DNA of 64,000 nt from Scenedesmus sp. PABB004. Taxonomy: Eukaryota. The notes under the pieces are model-generated. The model did not search any database and had not been told where the DNA came from. It saw only the letters and a program-made list of their open reading frames with translations. A program made the position numbers and the translations under genes. Location of the stretch: the NCBI GenBank assembly GCA_014905635.1, contig JABVCE010000025.1:124001-188000 (forward strand), in the 5' to 3' direction. Below are positions 45,535 to 56,123 of this stretch, one piece after another; position 1 is the first letter of the stretch; each line of letters begins with the position of its first letter.

Positions 45535-48500
45535 CGGCGCGGCGCGAGCCCGTCCCGGCGTGGCGCGGCGCGGCGCTGCCGCCGCCCGCCCGCGCGCGCG
45601 CCGCCCGGCTCGCCCCCTCCTCACCGCCGCCGCCGCCGCCGCGCCGCCGCGCAGGAGGACGTGCGCGAGACGACGCCGGCGGAGCTTCACTACGAGGACC
45701 TGGAGCGCCTGCCCGCCGACGACACCGCGCGCGTGTCGGAGTGGCTGACAGAGAAGGTCGACGCGCTCTCGTCGCGCCTCAAGGCGGAGCAGCGCGACGA
45801 CGAGGTGCGGCGCCGGCGGCGGGCCTGCGCGCGCGCGCGGGCGCGGGCCGCGGGCGGCGCGGCGCGCGGTGCAGCAGCGCCCGGCCCGACGCGCGCGCCG
45901 CGCGGCGCCGCCTTGCAGGACGACGACGACGCGGAGGCGATGGGCGACGTCGACCTCTTTGCGCTGGCCCCCGGTGGCGACGCGCTGACGGTGAACGGCA
46001 AGTGGCTGCAGCACCTCGAGGAGCGCCTGCTGGGCGAGGACGGCCACCCGCGCAAGGCGCGCGCCGGCGAGGACCCGCACAGGTGCTGCGCGCACGCGCG
46101 CCGCGGCGCGCGCCGCGCCCGCCCGCGGCTGCGGCCAGGCAGCGGCCCGGCGGCCCGCTGACGCCGCCGCGTCGTCTGCGCCTGCGCGCCTGCGTCCCCT
46201 CGCAGGATGGGCCTCGTGCTGGAGTGGGTGTACGGCTCGATCGTGTCGACCGCCGAGAAGAGCCGCGACGGCGCGAAGCGCCAGCTCGGTCTGCGCGCGC
46301 CGAGCGTGGACGCTGCGTACGACAACCTGCTGCGCTGCCTCGAGGACCAGGCGCACTGGGAGGGCCGCGCGCGCGCGGCCAAGCAGCTCATGCAGGCCAT
46401 GCTCACCAGCCGCAAGGAGGCCGACGAGCTCGCCACCCTCTACGACACGCGCCCCACGCCCGGCGGCGCGCCGCCCGCGGCGCCGCCGGCGCCCGCGGCG
46501 GCCGACGCGGCGGGCGCGGAGCCCGGCGGCGACGCCGAGGCGGGCGCGGCGGGCGCGGCGGCGCCGGCGGCGGCGCCGGCGGCGGCGCCGGCGTCCGGCG
46601 GGCTGCCGGATCACGTGATCATGCAGCTGCTGGCGCGCGAGGCGCTGCTGACGCAGGCCAAGCTGCACGCGCTGTCGTTCGACCACCTCATGTCGAGCAA
46701 GACGCTGACGGCGCTCAAGAGCCAGATCCGCCACGTGAGGCCGCGCCGCCGCCGCGCGCCCGCGCTGGCGCCGCACGCCTCCGCCCGCGCCCGCTGCCGC
46801 CCGCGCCGCCGCCGCTCACCGGCGCTCGCCCGCCGTGCCGCGCAGGGCGAGGCCGACCTGGAGCGGCTGAAGCGCGAGCTGGAGGAGCTGAAGCACGCGC
46901 CGCGCGGCATCGAGGGCACGTTCCGCACCGCCGCCGAGATGGAGCGCCACCGGCACCAGCTCGCCGACGCGGCGATCGAGGAGCAGCTGGAGGTGCAGAC
47001 CGCGTACCGCGAGCAGGGCACCAAGCTGCAGGCGCTGTACGACAAGCGCCAGCGCACCGAGTTTGAGATCGCCAAGCGGGACACCGAGATGAAGCAGCTC
47101 AACGGCTGGAAGGCGACCGTGGACAACCTGCTGGAGCGCTTCGACGACTGCACCAAGCAGGTGGCGCTGCTGCAGGAGATGGACGAGCACGCCGGCCGCA
47201 CCAGCGCGGCGAGCGCGGCGGCGGCGCTGCTCGGCGCCGACGCCGACCCCGCGTCCGCCGCGGAGGAGGGCGCGGCCGGCCCGCTCGGCGCGGGCGCGGC
47301 GCGCTCGTCGCTCATCACCGCGCAGCACCACGTGCAGCTCAACAAGCTCAGGCGCGCCCGCCGCCGCCGCGCCGATGCGCGCCCTGCGCCACGCGCGCGG
47401 GCGCGCCGCCGCCGCCGCCGCACCGCGCACGCCCACCGCCGCGCCCGCCGCCGCGCGCGCCGCGCCGCGCCGCGCCGCGCCGCGCAGGCAGCACTTCCAC
47501 AAGGACGTGCGCAAGCAGCTCTACAGCGCGGCGGACGACGTCAAGTTTTTCATCCGCATCGCCGACGGGCTCAAGTCGATCGAGGCGCGGCTCGAGGAGG
47601 GCCGCGTCGCGCTGCAGCACCTCGAGATGTTCCTGGTCAACGTGGCCTGCGACGACCCCGGCGCCGCGATCGGGAGCGCGCTCGTGCTGCCGCTGCTGCA
47701 GGAGCGCCTCGACGGCGCGGCGCTCGAGTTCCGCGCCGCGCGTGCGCGCGTGGCCGAGGAGGAGATCATCGCCATGGAGGTGCGGCGCGCTGGGGCCAGG
47801 CGCGGCGCAGCGCGGCGCGCGCCTGCGCCGCGTGCCGCGCGCGCGCCCGCCGCCCACGCCGCCGCCGCCCGCGCGCCGCAGGCCGCCGCCGCGGAGGCCG
47901 CCGAGGCGGAGCGCGAGCGGCGCAAGCAGCAGCTGGCCAAGAAGAAGGAGAAGGGCAAGGGCAGCAAGGAGAAGGCCGCCGCCGGCAAGGCCGCGCAGGA
48001 GGCGGCCGACGCGGAGCGGCGCGTGCGCGAGGCCGAGGAGCGGCGCGCGCGCGAGGAGGAGGAGCGCCGCGCGCGCAAGGCGCAGCTGGAGCTGCTGCGC
48101 CAGCAGGTGCGGCCCTGCGCAGCGCGGCTGCGCGCCTCGCCGCACGCGCGGCCGCTCGCGCCGCTCGCGCTGCTCGGCTCACCCCGCGCCGCGCGCCCGG
48201 CGGCCGCCCCGCAGGAGGAGGCGCTCATGGCTGCGCGGCGGCAGCAGCTCATGGCCGAGGACGGCTACTGGGCGCAGCGCATGGCCGAGGAGCAGCAGCG
48301 CGCCGCGCTCGCCGCGGCCGTGGGCAGCGTCGGCCTCGCCGCGGACGGCGCGGGCAGGGGCGCGGGCGCCGCGCCGCGCGGCGCGACGAGCAGCAGCAGC
48401 AGCAGCAGCGGCGCCGTGCCAGCAGCAGCCGCCGGCGCCGGCGCGGCAGCCGGTCGAGCAGCAGCGAGGACGGCGGCGCCAGCGCAGCGGCGAGCAGCAG

Positions 48501-51470
48501 CGCGCTCGCCGACGACGACGGCTTCATTGTCGCGGCGGCCAAGAGCCGCGCCAAGCGAGCGAGCGGCGGCGGCGCCCCGCCGCCGCGCGAGGCGGCGCGC
48601 GAGCGCGCCGGCGCCGCCGCGGCTCGGCCGGCGCGCGAGCCGCGCGAGCGCGGCGCGCCGGCGCCACGGGGCCGGCTGGACGCAGCGGCGCACGGCCACG
48701 CCAACGGGCCGGCCGCGGCCGACGGCGCCGACGCGCGCGCAGGCGCCCGCGGCCCGCGGCACGGCTCGGCCGGCCGAGAGCCGCGCGACGTGCCGCCAAG
48801 GCTGCCCGCGGGCGGCGCGCGTGGCGCCGGCGAGGGCGCCGGCGCAGCGCCGGCCGGGAAGCAGCCCAGGGCGCTGACCGGGCCCGGCCTGGTGGCCGGC
48901 GCCGCGGCGCCGCCCCGGCCGCAGGCGGACCCGCAGTGGGCACGCGCGGCTGCGCAGATCCAGGAGGCGGCCGCCGGGGCCGCTCGCCAGCTGGGCGACG
49001 GCGACAGCCCCGCGCCGCGCGGCGCCAGCCGGCCGGCGCCTGCAGCCGCAGGCGCGCCGGCGGCGCCCAGGGCGCAGCAGCAGCAGCAGCAGCAGCCGCA
49101 GCAGCAGCCGCAGCAGCAGCAGCCGTCGGCGCCGGCGGCGCAGCAGCAGGGGCCGGCCACGCCCGCGCCCGTGGCGCCGCCCGCCGCGCGGCCCGCGCCG
49201 GCGGCGGCCGCCACGCCCGCCGCGCCGTCGCCGGCGGTGCTTGCGCCCGCGACGCCCGCGCCGGTGGCGCCGGCCGCGCAGAAGCCCGCGGCAGTGATTG
49301 AGGGCGCGGGCACGGTGGTGGTGGTCAAGGGCGAGGCCGTGCCCGCGGTGGAGGCGCCGCCCAGCGTGCGCAGCATCACGTTTGGCTCGCTCGTGCCAGG
49401 CCTGGACGAGCTGGACGGCGCCGACGCGCCCGACGCGCCCGACGCGGCCGAGCAGCCCGCGGCGCCCGCGCCCGGCGGCCAGGCGCCGCCCGCGCCGCCG
49501 CCGCCGCCGGCCGTGGCACCCGGCGGCGCGGTCGGGGCGGCGGCGCCGCACCCGCTGCCGCCCGCGCCGGGCCCGCACGGCCCGCCGCCGCACGCGCCCA
49601 TGCCGCCGCCGCCGCCCGGGGCCTGCCGGTGGCGGGCATGCAGGGCGGGCTGCCGCCGCACGCGGTGCTGCCGCACGGCGTCATGCCGCACCCGCACCAC
49701 GCGCCGCACATGGCCGGCGTGCGGCCGCACATGCCGCCTGGCGCGCCTGGCCCGATGGGCCCGATGGGGCACATGGGCGTGCCGCCGATGATGGCCGGCC
49801 GCGGCCACATGCACGGCCCCATGCACATGGGCATGCCGCCGCCGCCAGCCATGGTCGCGGCGCAGGCCGCGGCGGCAGCGGCCGCGGCGGCGGCGGCCAA
49901 GGGGCCCCACCCCGGCCCACACCCGGCCATGGGGCCGCCGCCGCCGGGCTCGCTGCCGCCTGGGCCGCCGGCGGGCATGCGGCTGGGCGTGCCGCCGCCG
50001 CCGCCGCCCGGCTGCCTGCCGCCGGGCGGCGCGTACGCGCCCCGCCCGCCGCCGCCCGGCCCTGGCGGCAGGGAGGGCGACCCCAAGCAGCAGCAGCAGC
50101 AGAAGCAGCAGCCCAACGGCCTGGCGCCGAAGCAGCCGCCGCAGCAGGGCCCGCCGCCGCCGGCCGGCGCGCCGCCGCCGCCGGGCGCGCCGGGCATGCG
50201 CGCGCCGCCGCCGCCGTACGGCATGGCGCCGGCGGGGCTCTACGCGCCGCCGCTGGCCGGCGGCTTCCCGCCGGGCGCGGGGCCGCCGCCGCCGGGGCCG
50301 CCGGGCATGCCGGGCCTGCCGCACCACCCGCCTTACCCCTACATGCCCTACCCGCCCTCGGGCGCGGGGTCGCCCGGGCCGGTGATGATGGCCCCCACGG
50401 GCGCGCAGGCAGGGCCGCACTACGTGGCCATGCCCGGCCCGGGGCCCATGCCCGGCGCCGGCCACGCGCCGCCGCCGCCGCCGCCGCCGCCGGGCGGCCC
50501 CGGCGGCGGCGCGGGCGGCCCGCTGCAGCAGGCGCCGGGCGCGGCCGGCGGCGCGCCGCCGCCGCCGCCGCCGCCCCAGGCGCAGCAGGGGCAGCCGCAG
50601 GGCCAGCCGCCGCCGCCGCCGCCGCCGCCGCCGCCCAAGGACGGCGGCGACGGCGACAAGGGTGGCAAGGCCAACGGCGCCACGACCCTGCGGCCCGGGG
50701 CGCGGCCGTTTGTGCCCTCGTTCGGCAGGGGAGCCCCCAGCCCCAAGGGCGGCCCGCAGGACGGGCAGCAGCAGCAGCAGCAGGCGCAGCAGGCGCAGGC
50801 GCAGGCGCTGCAGCAGGCGCAGCAGGCGCAGCAGCAGGCGCAGCAGGCGCAGCAGCAGGCGCAGGCAGGACCCTACAGCAGGCCGCAGCAGGCGGGCCCG
50901 CACCCGCCCGTGCACCCACAGCAGGCGGCGAGCATGGGCGCGCCGCCGCCCGGTGCGCCGCCCGCCGCGACGGCGGCGCAGGCGCAGCAGCAGCAGTATG
51001 CGGCGCTGCAGCAGCAGCAGCAGCAGTACCTGCAGCAGCAGCAGATGGCCTACCTTCAGCACTACCAGCAGCAGCAGGCCGCCGCGTACGCGGCGCAGCA
51101 GCAGGCGGTGATGCAGCAGCAGCAGATGTACGCCGCGCGCGGCCAGGGCGGCGGCCACCCGCAGCAGCCGCCGCCAGGGCACATGGGCAAGGCGCCCGCG
51201 GGCATGCCGCCCGGCGGCGCGCCGCCCGCGCGCGCGCCGCACCCCGGCATGGGCCCGGGGGCCGGCCGGCATGCCAGGCGCGGCGATGTACATGCGCCCT
51301 GGGCAGCAGCACATGGGCCCGCCGCCGGGCGGCATGCCGGGCGCCATGGCCGGCCCCGGCGCGGGGCCCTACGGCGCGCGCCCGGGGCGCATGGAGCCGC
51401 CGCCGCCGGGCATGCGCGACCGGCGGGGGCCGTACGGCCCCGGCGGCATGATGATGGCGGCGCCGCCGGC

Positions 51471-51517
<47 letters not shown>

Positions 51518-54500
51518 TGCTGCACCGCAGCGGCTCCGGCTCGGCCGAGCCATATGGGCAGCCGCCGCAGCACGCGCAGGCGCAGCCGCTGGCACCGCTG
51601 CAGTCGCAGCACGGCCCGCAGGCTGCGCCGGCTGAGGTGGCGGAGGCGCAGGAGCAGCCGCAGCAGCCTCCGCAGCCGCAGCAGCACCAGACGCAGCAGC
51701 AGCACCAGACGCAGCAGCCGCAGCAGCCGCAGCAGCCACAGCCGCACGAGCCAGTCGCACCGGCGAAGGCCGGCGCTGCGGACGCCGAGACCGGCGATGC
51801 GCCTGGGCAGGTGGAGGCGGCAGCTGCTGGCGAGGCCGCGCCCTCCCCGCCAGCGGCGGGGTTTGAGCCGCCCGCCGCGGCCACGGGCGCAGCAGCCGCA
51901 GCAGCGGCCGCGCCCGCGGCTGCGGCGGCCGCGGCGGAGCCCATCGAGGCGGTGGCCGCAGCGGCGCCTGAGCCACAGTCGGAGCAGGACACCACGCAGG
52001 GCGGCGACCCGTCAGGCGCGGCGCAGCCGGCGGCGGCCAGCGAGCCGCCGGGCAGCGAGCCGGCGCCCGCGAGCGACGAGGCCGCCGGCAGGGGCGGGGC
52101 GCGGGCGCAGATGACGTCAGGCGGCGGCAGCCGCAGCTGGTCGTCCATCGCGTCCAAGACCGACGCGAGCGCCGACCCTGAGGCATGGCCGGCCGCGGGC
52201 AGCTCACCGACCAAGGAGCAGGGGCGGCCCGCCGCCGCGTTCGGCGCGGCCGCGCAGGCGGGCTCCGCGCTGCAGCCGCAGGGCTCCTGGCGCTCCGGAA
52301 CCAGCCTGAAGCACAAGCTGCAGCGCGGCGAGGGCCCCTCAGCCAGCGGCGCGGGCGGCGGCAGCGGCGCCAAGCCCAGCGGCGGCTCCTGGCCCGCGCT
52401 GGGGGGCTCCGGCGGCTCCGCCAGCTCCCTGGCTGCCGCCGACGAGGGCGACACCGCGGGCGCCTCGCCGCGCGCCGCCGCTGGGGTGGCGCCGGCAGCT
52501 GGGCCAAGCCACCCAGCGGCGGCGGCGGCGGCGGCAGCGCCGGCGGCGGCGGCAGCGCGGGCGGCGGCGGCAGCGCCTGCGGCGGCGCCATCGCGCGCAA
52601 CAGCAGCAGCGGCAGCTTGCACGGCGCGGACGGCGGCGCTGCGCGGCAGCCGAGCCGGCTGGGCAAGCAGGGCAGCGGCGGCGCCGCGTACGCGGGCAAC
52701 AGCGGGCAGCGGCTGGAGCAGGCGCCCAGCAAGATCACCGTCACCCAGGCGGGCGTGGTCTTCGAGGTGCGGCGCCGCCGCCGCTGCTGCTGCCACTGCG
52801 GCGACGGGGCTGCGGCAGCCCCGCCGCGCCGCCGCCGGCCCTGCCGCCCAACCCCGCCCGCCCGCCCCGCCGCGCGGCGCCGGCCCGCAGGGCCCCGCGG
52901 GGCGCGAGGTGCTCGGCGCGCAGCGCCTCATCCGTGGCCTGCTGAACGAGGACGGGCAGTACAACTGCTTTCTCAACGTCATCATCCAGGCCCTGTGGCA
53001 CCTGCGCAGCTTCCGCGGCCGCCTGCTGCAGCTGCCGCCCGCGGCGCCGGCGGAGCCGCGCCCGGCGGCCAACGGCGGCGGCCCCGCGCGCGCGAGCCCG
53101 CGCGGGCAGCAGCCGGTCACGCCCGCGGACGTCGCGGTGCTGACGGCGCTGCGGGGCGTGTTCCGCGACCTGTCGCGCGCGCCCGTGCTTGGCGCGGCGG
53201 CGGCGGGCTCCGCGCCGGGCGAGGGCTGGCTCGTGTCGCCCGTGCCGCTGCGCGAGGCGCTGTCGGGGCTGGAGCTCGGCGCGGCGGCGGTGAGCATCGA
53301 GCTCAGCGAGATGCACGACGCGAGCGAGGTGCTGAACGAGGTCTTCACCGCGATGCACCGCGCCGAGGCGGGCCGCGCGACGGGCGCCGCTGACGACCCG
53401 CACCTCCCGACCAAGGTCCGCGTGCGCGCTGACGCCTTTGCCGCCGCGCCGCGCGCCAAGGCGGCGGGCAGCGCGAGCGTCGCCGGCGCGCCGCCGGGCC
53501 CCGGCAGCGGCGGCAACGGCGGCGGCGCGGCGCCGGCACCGGCGCCGGCCGCGCCGAGCGGCGGCGGCGGCGGCGGCGGCAGCGGCAGCGCCGGCGGCGC
53601 GCCCACGCTGGCGGCCATCCTCGCCAACGGCACCGGCCCCGCGCTCAACGGCACGGCCGGCGGCGCCGCCAAGGGCCCCGCCGGCGCGGCGGGCGTGGCG
53701 GCCAAGCCGCCCGCGAGCCTCGTGCACCGGCTGTTTGGCCTCGACGTGCTGCAGGCGCACGCCGCCGAGGTCGGCCCGGCCAAGGCCGCGCTCGCGGCCA
53801 AGCGCGACGCGCCGGGCGGCGGCGCCGGCGGCGGCCCAGCAGCGGCGGGGCAGCAGCAGCAGCAGCTGGTTGAGGCGCTGCGCTTCATGAAGTTCTGCCA
53901 CCTCATGCCCGCCCAGGTGAGGCGCCGCGCCGCCCGCCGCGCCGCCCGCCGCGCCGCCTGCCGCCGCCCACCGCGGACGTGAGCGCAGCCGCGGCTGCGG
54001 GAGCTCACGCGCCCGCCGCGCCTGCCCGCCGCGCCGTCCGCGCAGGCGCTGCGCGCCGCGTATGAGCGCCACTTTGACACGAGCTTCGAGACCGTGCTGC
54101 GCGAGGCGGAGGCCGCCGACCACGGCGCGGGCGGCGCGGGCGGCGGCTGGGGCGTGTCGCAGCGCAGCAAGGCGGCCGCCGCGGCGGCGCGTGCCGACGC
54201 GGGCGGCCTCGCGCCGGGCGGCACGCGCACCGCGCTGCTGCGCCGGCCCGCGGTGTTCACGCTGGCGGTGGTCTGGGAGTCGCCCAAGGTGCGCGCGGCG
54301 CGCGGCCGCCGCCGCCGCCGTCGCTCCGCGCGCCGCCGCTCCGCGTGCGGGCGCGCGCCTGCCCACGCCGCCGCGCCCGCCCGCGCCCTCGCGCGCGCAG
54401 GCTCCGCTCGACTCCATCCGCGGCACCGTGCACGCGCTCGGGCCGACGGTGGACCTGGCGGCGGTGTTTGGCGGCGCGCCGGGCGGCGCGCCGTACGCGC

Positions 54501-54703
54501 TGCGGTCGGTCATCTGCTACTTTGGGCACCACTACCAGGCGTTTGTGCTGAGCGAGGAGCTGCACACATGGCTGCTCTTCGACGACCACGTCATCTCCAC
54601 CGTCGGCGACTGGGCGCAGGTGCAGGCCGCGATGGTCGCGTCGCGCCTGCAGCCGTCGCTCCTCTTCTACGAGGCCCCCGACGCCGCGGGGGGCGCGCCG
54701 TGA
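44390..54703 (+). CDS. Very large ubiquitin-specific protease: DUF629-like/coiled-coil N-terminus, long Pro/Gln/Gly low-complexity middle, C-terminal USP53/54-type catalytic domain; three apparent frameshifts as assembled
   Basis: ATG 44390 MAVKKTKSGKGK. Cys box GLLNEDGQYNCFLNVIIQALWHLRSFR, MHDASEVL, His box YALRSVICYFGHHYQAF...WLLFDD, QPSLLFYE. About 12-13 introns; TGA 54701-54703. Confidence 0.8.
51472..51516 (+). repeat. (CAG)15 coding poly-Gln tract in the USP gene
   Basis: Directly visible; in frame with ORF 51271. Confidence 0.9.
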
Positions 54704-55504
54704 GCGCGCGGCGCGGCACGCCGGCGCGGCGCGTCGGCGCGGCGGGCGGCGGCGGGCGGGGCGGGCGCTGGGGCGGCGGCGGGGGTAGGCAGGCGCCGCC
54801 GCGACAGGGGCGGGACGGCGCGGCAGCTTCGCCCCCGGTTTCGGCCGTTCTTTCTCTGCCTGTCCCTCCTCTGTCTCGTCCCTCGGTTCGCCGTCAGTTT
54901 TGGTGCAAGGCCCGCCCCGCGCAGACGGCAGGGCGGGTGTCGAGGAGGAGGAGGGGTCGGGGCGCGGCCCGGCGCGCCGCGCACAGTGCGCGGCGCGCTG
55001 GCGGCCCAGCGCAGCGGCCGGCGGTGGTGTGCAGGCCTGTGCAGACACAGCGAGGAGGAGGCAGAAAATAAAGCTATGCAATCGCGGTTGGGCGCGCAGC
55101 AGCTTGAACGGTTTGCGTGTGCGGGCGGCGGAGCGGCAGCGGAGCGCAGCGCAGCGCGCGGCGCGCGAGCGGCGGCAGCAGTCGGTGTGGCACGCGCCTC
55201 GCGTGAGGCGCACGCCGGCGGCGGTGCATGGAAACCGGTTCAGGCCATCTGTCCGCGCGACGCGGCCGCGCGCCGACGTCGACGGCCGGCACCGCGCTTC
55301 AGCGCGCCCAGACCGCCGGCCGCGCGCGCCGAGCCCCGCGCGCGTGCCGCTGGCGCCGCAGTCTCGCAGTCCGCCCGGGCTTCCCGCGCCGCACCGCACC
55401 GCGCCGGTCGCGGCATCGGCGAGGCCCATCGGCAGCGCGCCGGCTCACAACCGCCGGTCGCGAGCAGCGGGCTGCGCCGCGGCGGCGGCCGCAGCCGGGG
55501 CGCC

Positions 55505-56089
55505 ATGCGGCCGCGGCGCCTGGCGCTGCTGCTTGTCGCGGCGGCGTGCGCCTGCAGCGGCGCGCGCGGCGCCGGGGCGGGGCGGCAGCTGGCGGACCAC
55601 ATCACGCACGTCTACGAGCCCGGCGAGGTCGTCACGCTGTACGCCAACAAAGTGGGCCCCTACCACAACCCCAGGTGCAGAGACACGGCCCGCTGCGGGC
55701 AGCCGGCGCGGCCCGCGCGCGCGCGGCGGCCGCCGCAACCGCCGCTGCGCTGCCGCCGTAGCGAGACGTACCAGTACTACACGCTGCCCTTCTGCCTGCC
55801 CAAGGATGGCAAGCAGTACGTGACGGAGGACCTGGGCGAGGTCCTGGAGGGCGACCGGCTCGTGAACACGCCGTACGAGATAAAGTTCCGCACCGACGTG
55901 GAGGCCGCGGTGCTGTGCACCAAGACGCTCGGCGCGGAGGAGCTGCGCAAGTTCCGCGCCGCCGTGGCGCAGGACTACTACTTCCAGGCGCGCCGCCCGC
56001 CGCGGCCAGCACGGCAGCACAGCAGCGCGGCGGTGGCGCTGCGAGCCGGCTCGGGCGCACGCGGCGACGCTGCCGCCGCCCAGCAGTGT

Positions 56090-56123
<34 letters not shown>

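Noticed and set aside
48320..48393. A fourth apparent frameshift in the USP gene
   Set aside because: A phase-0 GT..CAG intron (48320 to 48393 or a following CAG) restores the frame without invoking an error.
48249..54287. Antisense ORFs of about 1000 residues with poly-Cys/poly-Leu
   Set aside because: Reverse complement of CAG/CCG-rich coding sequence of the USP gene; no independent motifs.
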